Part shown: piece after piece, positions 1-9,531 of the stretch
Numbering within the stretch: the first letter of the stretch is position 1
Layout of the letters: every line of letters starts with the position of its first letter
Origin: Nibricoccus sp.
Lineage (GTDB): Bacteria; Verrucomicrobiota; Verrucomicrobiia; Opitutales; Opitutaceae
Reading direction: 5' to 3'
Assembly: GCA_047602425.1 (NCBI GenBank)
Contig: JASGHG010000001.1
Location: forward strand, 3,520,001 to 3,584,000
DNA length: 64,000 nt
The notes under the pieces: model-generated
What the model was told of the DNA's origin: nothing
What the model saw: only the letters and a program-made list of their open reading frames with translations
Database searches by the model: none
Made by a program: the position numbers and the translations under genes

Positions 1-1
1 C

Positions 2-907
2 CGCGACGTTCTCCAGCCGATTGCGGCAGAACTCCCGCTATTTGTTTCCGGCAGCGCCGACCTTTATGGTTCGACCCTCAACTACATTGCCGGTCAACCC
101 GACTTCGACAAAACCAATCGCGCCGGCCGCAATATCCGCTACGGCATTCGCGAGCACGCGATGGCCGCGATCAACAACGGCATCGCCTACGACGGCATTT
201 TCCGCACCTCGTGCGCGACGTTCCTCGTCTTTGCCGATTACTCGCGTCCTTCGATGCGGCTTGCGGCGTTGGCCAAGCTGCCCGTCGTCTACATCTACAC
301 GCACGACTCGATTGGCGTGGGTGAAGACGGTCCGACCCATCAGCCGGTAGAGACTGTTTCGGGTCTTCGCGTGATCCCGAATCTCGACGTCATCCGCCCG
401 GCCGATCCTGAGGAAACCGCTGGTGCTTTTGCCGCCGCGGTCGAACGCGTTGACGGTCCGACGCTCCTCGCGCTCACGCGCCAAAATCTGCCGATGCTCA
501 ACGAAATTCCTGCGCACGTGCGCCGCGCCGGTGTATTGAAAGGTGGATACGTTGCGCTTCAGGAAACCGCTCCGCTGACCACTATTCTCCTCGCCGCAGG
601 CAGTGAAGTTCAGCTTGCTCTCGCCGCCGCCAAGACGCTTGGCACTGGCACGCGCGTTGTTTCAGTGCCTTCCTTCGAACGCTTCAACCGCCAATCCGCC
701 GAATATCGCGAGAGCATTCTTCCGAAGTCGGTTCGCAAGCGCGTCGCGATCGAAGCCGGCGTTACCGGTCTCTGGCATCAATATGTCGGTCTCGACGGCA
801 AAGTCGTCGGTATCGACCGTTTCGGTATCAGCGCTCCGGGCGGCACGGTCTTCAAGGAACTCGGCATCACCGCGGAAGCCGTTGTCGCTGCGGCACAATC
901 GCTGTAA
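2..907 (+). CDS. tkt: Transketolase, C-terminal part (begins before the window)
   Basis: Frame open from position 2: GSADL...[35 protein letters not shown] motifs. Confidence 0.96.
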   Translation, partial: RDVLQPIAAELPLFVSGSADLYGSTLNYIAGQPDFDKTNRAGRNIRYGIREHAMAAINNGIAYDGIFRTSCATFLVFADYSRPSMRLAALAKLPVVYIYTHDSIGVGEDGPTHQPVETVSGLRVIPNLDVIRPADPEETAGAFAAAVERVDGPTLLALTRQNLPMLNEIPAHVRRAGVLKGGYVALQETAPLTTILLAAGSEVQLALAAAKTLGTGTRVVSVPSFERFNRQSAEYRESILPKSVRKRVAIEAGVTGLWHQYVGLDGKVVGIDRFGISAPGGTVFKELGITAEAVVAAAQSL

Positions 908-932
908 GCCGGATTTATTGCAGAAGATTTTC

Positions 933-962
933 AGGGCGGACCATCGCGGTCCGCCCTTTTTG
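933..962 (+). terminator. Rho-independent terminator after tkt
   Basis: AGGGCGGACC-ATCGC-GGTCCGCCCT stem followed by a T tract. Confidence 0.85.
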
Positions 963-1052
963 TTCGGAAAGTCGCGCAGAGACAAAGTAACCTATTAGAG
1001 CGTTTCAAATAAAACTATAGCTATTATAGGAGGAATGGGGTAAGGTGTGCGG

Positions 1053-2092
1053 ATGAAGACAACCTCCTTGGATTTAAGACGGCGGATCGTGGAAACCTAC
1101 GACGAAGGCAAGTGGACGCAGGAAGAGGTGGCGAAGCGTTTCCGGGTTTCGCTGGGGATGGTCAAGAAGCTGTTGATCCAAAGACGCCGGACCGGGCAGA
1201 TCGAGGCGCGGCACCGGTTTTCCGGGCGCAAGCCGCGGCTTTTGCCAGAGTCGGGCGAGCAGATGAAGGCATTGGTGGCGAAGGAGCCGGACCTGACGCT
1301 GTGCGAGATCAAAGAGCGCCTTGAGTTGGATTGCACGATAGCGGCGGTCCATTGGGTGCTGGGCAGGCTGGGCCTGACATATAAAAAAAGACGCTCCATG
1401 CAGCCGAGCAAAACCGTCCCGACATCGCCAAAGCGCGCAAGGCCTGGAAGCGCGCACAAAGCGGGCTCGACCCGGCGCGCCTGATCTTCATCGACGAGGC
1501 GGCGGCCAAGACCAACCTGACTCGACTGCGGGGCCGCTCGCCACGCGGAGAGCGGCTGGTCTGCCACGCCCCGCACGGCCACTGGTGCACCACCACCATG
1601 ATCTCGTCGGTGCGGCTGGACGGCACCACCGCTTGCATGACCATCGAGGGCGCGACCAACACCGAGGTCTTCCATGCTTATGTGCGCGAGATACTCGTTC
1701 CCACCCTTCAGCCCGGAGACATCGTCGTCATGGACAACCTCGGTGCCCATAAAAACGAACGTACCCTGGAGCTGATCGCACAGGCCAAAGCCGAAGTGCG
1801 TTTGCTTCCAGCGTACTCCCCCGATCTCAATCCGATCGAAATGATGTGGAGCAAGCTCAAGGCTCTTCTTCGCAAAGCCCAAGCCCGCAACCATCCCGAT
1901 CTACTTGCCGCCATCGCCTCCGCCTTGGCCGCCGTCACCCCTCAAGACGCCCTCGGCTGGTTCGCCCATTGCGGTTATAGTTTTTATTCGCTCTGGGTCG
2001 AATACCCCGAAGCTTGCTTCGGCTTGGATGTTTGGGAGGGCAAGGGATGGAGAGTCGATATATCCACAAAGCGCATAATGTATCGGTGTTGA
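1053..2092 (+). CDS. IS630 transposase (HTH orfA plus DDE orfB, joined by a probable -1 programmed frameshift at A7G, 1383-1390); C-terminus reads into the nested IS
   Basis: orfA: SLDLRRRIV...EVAKRFRVS...LTYKK; -1 frame: KTLHAAEQ...LIFIDE...VVMDNLGAHK...LPAYSPDLNPIEMMWSKLK...WFAHCGY. Confidence 0.9.
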
Positions 2093-2535
2093 TGTACCAT
2101 CTGGTTTGTGGGGCGAAATATCGGCGGGTGGTGATGAGTGATCATGTCGATGAGGTGTTGCGGCAGGCGTGCTTGGAGATCGAGAAGCGTTGGGAGATTC
2201 GATTTTTGGAGATTGGATTAGATAGGGACCACGCGCATTTCTTAATCCAGTCGGTACCAACCTACAGTGCGACGCGGATTGTCACGACGGTGAAGAGTAT
2301 GATTGCTCGGCAGGTGTTCGCACACGCACCGGAGGTGAAGCGGCAGCTCTGGGGTGGTGAGTTCTGGGGGAAAGGATATTTTGTGAACACGGTTGGGCAG
2401 CATGGCAGTGAAAAGGTGATCGCTGCTTACGTGCATGGGCAGGGTGGTAAAAGTGAGTATCGCCAGTTGCACAAGGGACAGATGGATTTGGGCTTGGTTT
2501 GAAAATGCCTCGGGGCTTGCCCCGAGGATCTTTAC
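1988..2535 (+). mobile_element. IS200/IS605-family element (tnpA only)
   Basis: Subterminal hairpins CCGAAGC-TT-GCTTCGG (2007-2022) and CCTCGGGGC-TT-GCCCCGAGG (2508-2527); follows TTAT, ends TTAC, no target duplication. Confidence 0.88.
2047..2502 (+). CDS. tnpA: IS200/IS605 Y1 HUH transposase
   Basis: YHLVCGAKYRR, DHAHFL (HUH), LWGGEFWGKGYFVNTVG, AYVHGQ (catalytic Tyr). Confidence 0.93.
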   Translation: MESRYIHKAHNVSVLMYHLVCGAKYRRVVMSDHVDEVLRQACLEIEKRWEIRFLEIGLDRDHAHFLIQSVPTYSATRIVTTVKSMIARQVFAHAPEVKRQLWGGEFWGKGYFVNTVGQHGSEKVIAAYVHGQGGKSEYRQLHKGQMDLGLV

Positions 2536-2570
2536 TTGAAATGCTCTAGGTTTCTCTGTCCTCGGTGCAT

Positions 2571-2698
2571 TAGAGCACATACAATAAAAACTGTAACCGT
2601 AAATCGTGGTATTAATGGAGCTGTCTTCGTAGGGGCGCAGCAAGACTGCGCCCCTACAGCCGGAGTTGTGCGGCTATGACATTTTTAAAAATGCTCTA
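2571..2698. mobile_element. 128-bp non-autonomous IS630-type MITE with an internal GTAG hairpin
   Basis: Ends TAGAGCA...TGCTCTA resemble the adjacent IS630 IRs (left: TAGAGCACATACAATAAAAACTGTAACC); no transposase. Confidence 0.65.
2629..2657. repeat. GTAG-type REP-like palindrome
   Basis: GTAGGGGCGCAG-CAAGA-CTGCGCCCCTAC, a perfect 12-bp stem. Confidence 0.75.
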
Positions 2699-2837
2699 GG
2701 ACGTTGTTAGGGTGGGGAGGGGATTGGACGGGTTTATTTGCCGTTGGAACATGCGTTGTGACCGTCCGCAAAATGGAGGCTGCAACAACGTGAACCACCG
2801 CTCATCGACTTTTCGTCAGAAAAAATGGCAGCGGCCC

Positions 2838-2879
2838 TTGCATTCATATGATTAGCCTCCTAATTATCAGCCTCCTCAT
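2838..2879 (+). promoter_or_regulatory. Putative promoter with tandem MarR operator sites
   Basis: TTGCAT -35-like hexamer, then ATTAGCCTCCTAAT (palindromic ends) and the near copy ATCAGCCTCCTCAT just upstream of marR. Confidence 0.55.
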
Positions 2880-2896
2880 CGCTTTTCTCCTGCCAT

Positions 2897-3460
2897 ATGG
2901 CTCAAATGATTCTCAAGAACCTGCCTCGTTACGAGTGCCTGCACGAGGCGGCGCAGCAATTTCCCGATCTCGATCCGTCGGCGATGGTGGCGTATCTGCA
3001 TCTCTTGAGGGCGGGAACCGACTGTCAGGAATTCAGCCATGAATATTTATCATCCCATGGTGTCTCTTCGGGCCGTTTCACCGTGCTCATGCTATTGCTC
3101 AAGCGTCAGGCTTGTGGGGAAAAAGGCGAAATTGTTACACCAGCTGAACTCGCGGAAATGGCGGGTTGCACGCGCGCGACTATGACCGGCCTGATCGACA
3201 CGCTCGAACGCGACAGCTTGGTCAAGCGGCTGCCTGACGCGACAGACCGTCGCATGATGACGGTTAGCCTAACGACAAAAGGCACCGCCTTGCTGAACAA
3301 GTTGTTACCGGGTCATTTCAAACGGCAGGCGGAATTGATGGCCTGTCTTTCAGAGGCCGAGCGCAAGACACTCGTACGGCTGCTTGAGAAAATCAGCGAA
3401 CAACTGTCCTCCATTCGCGGCGGGGAACCGTCATCGCCTGGTTGTGTTAAGCACGGGTGA
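2897..3460 (+). CDS. MarR-family transcriptional regulator
   Basis: TPAELAE...RATMTGLIDTLERDSLVKR..DATDRR...LTTKG winged HTH. Confidence 0.93.
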   Translation: MAQMILKNLPRYECLHEAAQQFPDLDPSAMVAYLHLLRAGTDCQEFSHEYLSSHGVSSGRFTVLMLLLKRQACGEKGEIVTPAELAEMAGCTRATMTGLIDTLERDSLVKRLPDATDRRMMTVSLTTKGTALLNKLLPGHFKRQAELMACLSEAERKTLVRLLEKISEQLSSIRGGEPSSPGCVKHG

Positions 3461-3524
3461 TTCTTGCCTGAGGGATTCGCAAAACCGGGAAACCAATTTT
3501 CAATCAATAACAGTTCAACATCCT

Positions 3525-4646
3525 ATGCTAAAGAAATTCATCATCACTCTATTTGCCTTCACCTTGTTGGTGGTAGGACTTGGTGCGGTCAAGGTCGCGC
3601 AAATCAAGGAGATGTCCTCGCATCCGCATGTGCAGCCCGCGGCGGCCGTCACCACAACCGAAGCTCATACCGAAAACTGGAATCCCGTTATCCACAGTAT
3701 TGCTACGATCGCGCCCGTCCAAGGTGTCACGATCAGCGCCGATGCCGCGGGTGCCATCGTGAAAATCCACGCGGAGAGCGGCAGTTCCGTCAAAGAGGGC
3801 GACCTCCTGATGGAGATCGACACTTCGGTTGAGAATGCGCAACTCCGCGCAGCCGAGGCCCAACTCGTGCTCGCAAAATTGAACGCTCAACGCGCCACCG
3901 ACCTGTTGGCCAAGAGTTCCATCAGCCAGGCTGAACTCGACGTGGCGACCGCTCAGCTTAACCAAGCCGAGGCGAGTGTCGCCGGACTCAAAGCCGTGAT
4001 TGAGAAGAAGACCGTTCGTGCGCCTTTCGCCGGCCGCGTCGGTATTCGCTCCGTCAATCTCGGGCAGTATGTCTCCGCCGGTCAGGCGCTCGTGCCGCTC
4101 CAGAAACTGGATACATTGTACGTTAACTTTAATGTACCGCAACGCCAGCTCCCGAGCGTTTCGCTTGGCCAGAAGGTAATCGTCAAGGTCGACGCGTTTC
4201 CCAACCTCCCATTTGAGGCCACCGTCACTGCGATCAACTCACAAGTCGATCCCGCCACGCGCAACGTTTCCGTGCAGGCCACTCTCGCCAATCCCGAGGA
4301 AAAGCTGCGCACCGGTATGTTTGTTCAGGTCGAGCTTGAGCTGCCCGCCGGCGACCCGCAAATCGTGCTGCCCGCCACGGCCATCGCCTATGCTCCTTAC
4401 GGAAATTCCGTCTTCATCGTGGAAAAAATGAAGGGCAAGGACGGCAAGGAATACCTCGGCGTCCGCCAGCAATTCATCAAGATCGGAGCCACCCGAGGCG
4501 ATCTCGTCTCTGTCTCCGGCGGCATCAAGGTCGGCGAACAGGTTGTCTCTTCCGGTGTGTTCAAGCTTCGCAGCAACATGCCCGTGCAGGTGAACAATGT
4601 CGTTCAGCCGAACAGCGACCCTGCTCCAAAACCAGCCAACACCTGA
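3525..4646 (+). CDS. RND efflux periplasmic adaptor (MFP)
   Basis: N-terminal TM, lipoyl half-motifs (ESGSSVKEGDLL; VRAPFAGRVG), VDPATRNV, LRTGMFV. Confidence 0.93.
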   Translation: MLKKFIITLFAFTLLVVGLGAVKVAQIKEMSSHPHVQPAAAVTTTEAHTENWNPVIHSIATIAPVQGVTISADAAGAIVKIHAESGSSVKEGDLLMEIDTSVENAQLRAAEAQLVLAKLNAQRATDLLAKSSISQAELDVATAQLNQAEASVAGLKAVIEKKTVRAPFAGRVGIRSVNLGQYVSAGQALVPLQKLDTLYVNFNVPQRQLPSVSLGQKVIVKVDAFPNLPFEATVTAINSQVDPATRNVSVQATLANPEEKLRTGMFVQVELELPAGDPQIVLPATAIAYAPYGNSVFIVEKMKGKDGKEYLGVRQQFIKIGATRGDLVSVSGGIKVGEQVVSSGVFKLRSNMPVQVNNVVQPNSDPAPKPANT

Positions 4647-4731
4647 GTATCTGCGTGAACGCGGCCGGAGTCACTGACTCCGCCGCAACGCGGATTACCC
4701 GCGCTCCAACGTTTTTTCCTAACCTTTTCCC

Positions 4732-7700
4732 ATGGTATCAAAAAGTTTTACCGATCTGTTCGTCCGCAAGCCCGTCATCGCGCTTGTCGTCAACATCATC
4801 ATCCTCGTGGTCGGCGCGGTCGCATATTTCAAGCTCAACACCCGCCAATATCCACGCAGCGACAGTGCGGTCGTCAATGTCAGCACTTACTACTTTGGCG
4901 CGAGCGCTGACACCGTGCGCGGTTTCATCACCACGCAACTCGAACGCGTCATTTCCAGTGCCGATGGCATCGACTACATCGAATCGTCGAGTAGCGCCAG
5001 CCTGAGCACAATCAAGGTGTATTTGCGGCTCAACTACGACACCAATGCCGCCCTGGCCCAGATCAGTTCCAAAATCGATCAGGTGCGCAACGAACTCCCG
5101 CCGGAGGCGGAGGCGCCCAGCATCAGCGTCGAGACGAGCGACAGCCAGTTCGCTTCGATGTACCTGAGCTTCTACTCCGAGTCGCTCGACCAAAACCAAA
5201 TCACCGACTACCTCAGCCGTCTCGTGCAGCCACGCCTCTCCGCCGTGAAGGGCGTGCAGAAGGCGGACATTCTTGGCGGCCGTGTGTTTGCGATGCGTGT
5301 CTGGCTCAAGCCCGACGAACTTGCCGCCCGCGACCTCAGCCCTGCGGAGGTTCGTCAAACGCTACTCTCCAATAATGCTCTCGCTGCCGTAGGCGCTACC
5401 AAGGGTTCGATGCTCAGCGTCAGCCTCGTGGCCAACACCGACCTGCGCAACGTCGACGAATTCAAAAAAATGGTCGTGTCCGAGAAAAATGGCGCGATCG
5501 TGCGACTGGCCGACATTGCCGATGTCGAACTGGGTGCGGAAAACTACGACGCCGACGTCCGCTTCGATGGACAAACCGCCACCTTCATGGGCATCTGGGT
5601 TCTTCCGACCGAGAGTACGCTCGAAGTGGTCAAACGCGTACGCGCCGTGCTGCCTGAGATCGAACGCGGTCTTCCGGCCGGTTTGAAGCTCAAGCTCGCC
5701 TACGACGCCACCAAGTACATCGACGACGCGTTGCACGAGATTCTGACCACGCTCGGCGAAACATTGCTGATCGTGATGATCGTCATCTTCCTTTTCCTGG
5801 GTTCTATTCGTTCGGTCCTGATTCCCATCGTGGCCATGCCGCTTTCATTGGTCGGTGCGCTTATTCTAATGGTGGCATTTGGCTTCACGATCAACCTGCT
5901 CACGTTGCTGGCAATCGTGCTCGCGGTCGGTATCGTCGTCGACGACGCGATTGTGGTTGTGGAAAATATCGAACGCCACATTCGCGAAGGGAAATCGCAG
6001 ATGGACGCTGCCATTCTTGGTGCACGTGAATTGGTTGGCCCTGTCATTTCGATGACCATCACGCTCGCCGCGGTCTACACGCCGATCGCCTTCCAAGGTG
6101 GACTGACTGGTGCGCTCTTCCGCGAATTTGCCATGACGCTTGCGGGCGCCGTCGCTGTTTCCGGTTTTGTCGCTCTCACCCTCTCGCCCATGATGAGCGC
6201 CTACTTGCTCAAGGATCGGGCTCATGAAGAGCAGGGCTTCAGCGGTCGGATCAACCGCGACTTTGATCGGCTGCGCAAAACTTACGACCGCGCGATTGGT
6301 GCGATGCTGAAGGTGCGTGAAAATGGACGCATCTCCTGGTCGTTGCTGCTTTGGTCGCTGGTTGCCTGGATTCCAATTTGGCCCATCGCCGTTGGTGTAT
6401 TTGCCTTGGTTGGCGGTATGGATGTGGCCAAAGGTGCAGCTAAGCCATTGCTTGGCGGACTCGCCATGGCATCGATTGCCGGTGCCGTCTTGGTGGTGAT
6501 TTTCGATGCATTGCTGCGCCGTCGCTTTGTTTGGGTGCAGTATGTCCTGACCGGTGCCGCGATGCTCACCGTACTCCTGGTCTTTTTCTTCAAGTTTGCC
6601 CAAAACGAACTGGCTCCAAAAGAGGATCAAGGCGTGGTTTTCAGCATTCTACTTCCTTCGCCGACTTCGACCATCGAGCAAAACGTGATGTATGCCGAAC
6701 AGGTTCAGAAAATGTTCACGAGCATTCCCGAGTACGATAATTCCTTCCAAATCACAGGAACCAACTTCGGTTTTGCCGGAGCGATTTTGAAGCCCTGGGC
6801 GGAACGTAAACGGAATTCCCTGCAGATCGAAGCCACCTTGCAGGCTCCTGCCGCAGCCATTCCAGGTATCCAAACGGTGATTACGACGCCGGAACCTTTG
6901 CCGTCCGGCGGACAATATCCCATCGAGTTCGTCATCCGCTCTACTGCGGAGCACCGCGAGATTTATGACTACGCCAATCAGTTGATGATTTACGCCAATA
7001 CCGAGGCGAACGATCCAAACGGGGCTCCGACTTTCTATTTTGCCGATAGCGATTTGAAATTTGACCTGCCGCAGGTCGAGATCGTCATCGACAAGGACAA
7101 GGTCGCCTCGATGGGTCTCAATCTGAGCGATGTCGCTCGCGATCTCGGCTCGATGCTCGGTGGTGGTTACGTCAATCGGTTCGTCAACGAAGGCCGCAGC
7201 TACCGTGTAATTCCACAGGTTGAACGCGGTCAGCGACTCAACGCCGAACAATTGCTCAATTACCACGTGCGCGACCCCAGCGGTCAGCTCATTCCGCTTT
7301 CGACCATTGCGACGCTGAATCATACCGTGCAGCCGCGTACCTTGAACCGGTTCCAACAGCTAAACTCGGTTAAGATCATTGGTGTTGGTCCGAGCATCGA
7401 CAATGCGCTCAAGAAGCTCGAAGCCAAGGCCGCGGAAATCCTGCCTGCCGGGTACTCGATCGATTACGGCGGTCAATCGCGTCAATTGCGCCTCGAAGGC
7501 AGCGCGCTCTGGAAAACGGGTTTGCTCGCGGTCCTGTTGATCTTCCTCGTGCTCGCGGCGCAGTTTAATTCGTTCCGCGATCCTTTCGTGATTTTGCTTG
7601 GTTCGGTGCCATTGGCGCTCGTTGGCGCGATGCTGCCGGTATTCCTTTGGAAAACCTCGCTCAATATCTACACCCAGATCGGCTTGATCACGCTCGTCGG

Positions 7701-8061
7701 CCTTATTGCCAAGAACGGCATCCTCATTGTGGAATTCGCCAATCAGCTTCAGCTGCAGGGCGTGGCCAAAATCGATGCTATTCGCCGCGCGGCCGACACT
7801 CGTCTGCGTCCGGTGCTCATGACTTCGGCCGCAACCGTCTTCGGCCATCTCATGCTTATCTTTGTCACCGGTCCGGGCGCCGCAGCCCGTAATTCCATTG
7901 GTTGGGTGCTGGTGGTTGGCATGGCGGTCGGCACGATTTTCACCCTTTTCGTTGTACCGGCTTTCTACATGCTCATCGCCAAAGACCATCGCGCAGGTCA
8001 GCGTGTGGCAGCTGCGAAGCCAGTCGCCCTGCCGGTGGCCGAGGCCATTCCGGTCAAATAA
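4732..8061 (+). CDS. RND efflux permease (AcrB superfamily, MexW/MexI-like)
   Basis: FTDLFVRKPV, GIVVDDAIVVVENI, GLIAKNGILIVEFA, RLRPVLMT. Confidence 0.95.
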   Translation: MVSKSFTDLFVRKPVIALVVNIIILVVGAVAYFKLNTRQYPRSDSAVVNVSTYYFGASADTVRGFITTQLERVISSADGIDYIESSSSASLSTIKVYLRLNYDTNAALAQISSKIDQVRNELPPEAEAPSISVETSDSQFASMYLSFYSESLDQNQITDYLSRLVQPRLSAVKGVQKADILGGRVFAMRVWLKPDELAARDLSPAEVRQTLLSNNALAAVGATKGSMLSVSLVANTDLRNVDEFKKMVVSEKNGAIVRLADIADVELGAENYDADVRFDGQTATFMGIWVLPTESTLEVVKRVRAVLPEIERGLPAGLKLKLAYDATKYIDDALHEILTTLGETLLIVMIVIFLFLGSIRSVLIPIVAMPLSLVGALILMVAFGFTINLLTLLAIVLAVGIVVDDAIVVVENIERHIREGKSQMDAAILGARELVGPVISMTITLAAVYTPIAFQGGLTGALFREFAMTLAGAVAVSGFVALTLSPMMSAYLLKDRAHEEQGFSGRINRDFDRLRKTYDRAIGAMLKVRENGRISWSLLLWSLVAWIPIWPIAVGVFALVGGMDVAKGAAKPLLGGLAMASIAGAVLVVIFDALLRRRFVWVQYVLTGAAMLTVLLVFFFKFAQNELAPKEDQGVVFSILLPSPTSTIEQNVMYAEQVQKMFTSIPEYDNSFQITGTNFGFAGAILKPWAERKRNSLQIEATLQAPAAAIPGIQTVITTPEPLPSGGQYPIEFVIRSTAEHREIYDYANQLMIYANTEANDPNGAPTFYFADSDLKFDLPQVEIVIDKDKVASMGLNLSDVARDLGSMLGGGYVNRFVNEGRSYRVIPQVERGQRLNAEQLLNYHVRDPSGQLIPLSTIATLNHTVQPRTLNRFQQLNSVKIIGVGPSIDNALKKLEAKAAEILPAGYSIDYGGQSRQLRLEGSALWKTGLLAVLLIFLVLAAQFNSFRDPFVILLGSVPLALVGAMLPVFLWKTSLNIYTQIGLITLVGLIAKNGILIVEFANQLQLQGVAKIDAIRRAADTRLRPVLMTSAATVFGHLMLIFVTGPGAAARNSIGWVLVVGMAVGTIFTLFVVPAFYMLIAKDHRAGQRVAAAKPVALPVAEAIPVK

Positions 8062-8074
8062 CAAACCACTTGCT

Positions 8075-9424
8075 ATGAAACAAATGTTCCTGAAGTCCGC
8101 GCTGTTCGCGCTTACCGCCATCGTGCCGGCCATCGTAATGGCCGCACCTGAGCCCGACCGCGAGGTCCCGCCGCGACTCGATCTGCCCGGCGCGATTCAG
8201 TTCGCCATCGAAAACAACTTCGACATTCGCCAGGCCCGCGAACGCATCCGCCAGCAGGAAGGTTTGCTGGTGGAGATTCGCTCGCGCAGCATTCCCAATG
8301 CCGACGTGAGCTACTATTACACGAAGTTCGACAAGAACCGGCTCGAGCCCGTGCAGCGCATCACCGATCAGGATTGGGCGGTCGAATTTTCCGTCACGCA
8401 AACCCTGTTTGCCGGTGGTTCGGTTTATTCCTCGATCGGCGCGCAAAAACTTCGCCGCGAAGCCGCGCTGCTCGAACTGCGATCCGTGATCAGCAACGTC
8501 CTTCTCGGCGTGCGTGCGCAGTTCAACGCAGTGCTTCTAGCCAAAAAGAAAATCTCCGTCGCCGAACAGAGCCTCAACCTCTTGGAGGAACAGCTTAAAA
8601 CCGTGCGCGATCGCTACGAGGCCGGCACGCTCTCGAAGTTCGACCTGTTGCGCGCCGAAGTTGCCGTGGCTAACGGCAAGCCGTTGCTCATCCGTTCCCG
8701 CAATGCCTATCGCATTGCCATCGAAGAGCTGCGTCAGACCCTCGGCTTCACCACGCTCACCCCTGGCACCGTGACGAAAGTTCCCGAATTTCTCGGCGAA
8801 CTCACTTACGAGCCGACTAACATCGAGCTGCAAGCTGCGCTCGAATCCGCACGCGCCAACCGTCCCGAACTCCAGCAGCTCTACAAATTGGAGCAGGCTG
8901 CGGAGAAGAGCGTGACAGCTGCCAAAGGAAATTATTATCCCAACTTAGGCGTGGGAGCTGGTTATATCGTTAAAAAATCCTCCGCTTCCGACGATCTCGG
9001 CAAGACTCGCGAGGGCTGGAATGCCATCGTGCAGGGCAGCTGGGCGATTTTCGACGGACGCGCCACCGCTGGCCGCGTCGCACAGGCCCGTTCCGCACTT
9101 GCGCAGACAAAACTTTCCGCCGCCGAATCCCAACTAGCGGTCGACGTTGAAGTGCGCCGCGCCCACTCGGCGCTGCAAGAAGCATCCGAACTTGTTACTG
9201 CCTCCAAAGCCGTGGTCGAACAGGCTGCCGAAAGCGTGCGCCTGTCGAAGGCACGTTTTGCCGCCGGCACCGCCACGCAACTAGACGTTCTGCAGGCTCA
9301 AGTCGCTTTGACCGACGCCAGCACGAACGAAGTCGAAGCGCTCTACAACCACACGGTGGCTCTGGCTAGCTTGCGCAAAGCGATGGGTGTAGCCGATGCG
9401 TTTGCACCGACTCAGACTCCTTGA
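8075..9424 (+). CDS. TolC-family outer membrane efflux protein
   Basis: Signal peptide, AIQFAIENN, RYEAGTLSKFDLLRAEV and RFAAGTATQLDVLQAQ repeats; last gene of the RND operon. Confidence 0.92.
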   Translation: MKQMFLKSALFALTAIVPAIVMAAPEPDREVPPRLDLPGAIQFAIENNFDIRQARERIRQQEGLLVEIRSRSIPNADVSYYYTKFDKNRLEPVQRITDQDWAVEFSVTQTLFAGGSVYSSIGAQKLRREAALLELRSVISNVLLGVRAQFNAVLLAKKKISVAEQSLNLLEEQLKTVRDRYEAGTLSKFDLLRAEVAVANGKPLLIRSRNAYRIAIEELRQTLGFTTLTPGTVTKVPEFLGELTYEPTNIELQAALESARANRPELQQLYKLEQAAEKSVTAAKGNYYPNLGVGAGYIVKKSSASDDLGKTREGWNAIVQGSWAIFDGRATAGRVAQARSALAQTKLSAAESQLAVDVEVRRAHSALQEASELVTASKAVVEQAAESVRLSKARFAAGTATQLDVLQAQVALTDASTNEVEALYNHTVALASLRKAMGVADAFAPTQTP

Positions 9425-9448
9425 GTTAATTCCAAATTAAGTCTTCCG

Positions 9449-9482
9449 CCCGGAACCGACGCCTGTTGGTTCCGGGTTTTTT
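9449..9482 (+). terminator. Rho-independent terminator of the efflux operon
   Basis: CCCGGAACCGAC-GCCT-GTTGGTTCCGGG followed by T6. Confidence 0.85.
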
Positions 9483-9531
9483 ATTTCCAAATTGAAATTT
9501 GGGAAAAGCTCCGGGGTTGCGCGAAAAGCTC

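Larger units (their letters stand above)
996..2548 (+). mobile_element. IS630-family insertion sequence whose right IR is interrupted by an IS200/IS605 element
   Basis: Left end TAGAGCGTTTCAAATAAAACTATAGC; right end split into GTTATAGTTTTTAT (ends 1987) and TTGAAATGCTCTA (2536-2548); TA at both ends; DDE transposase inside. Confidence 0.9.

Noticed and set aside
2502..2700. tnpB/omegaRNA associated with the IS200/IS605 element
   Set aside because: The right-end hairpin follows the tnpA stop directly, leaving no room or ORF for tnpB.
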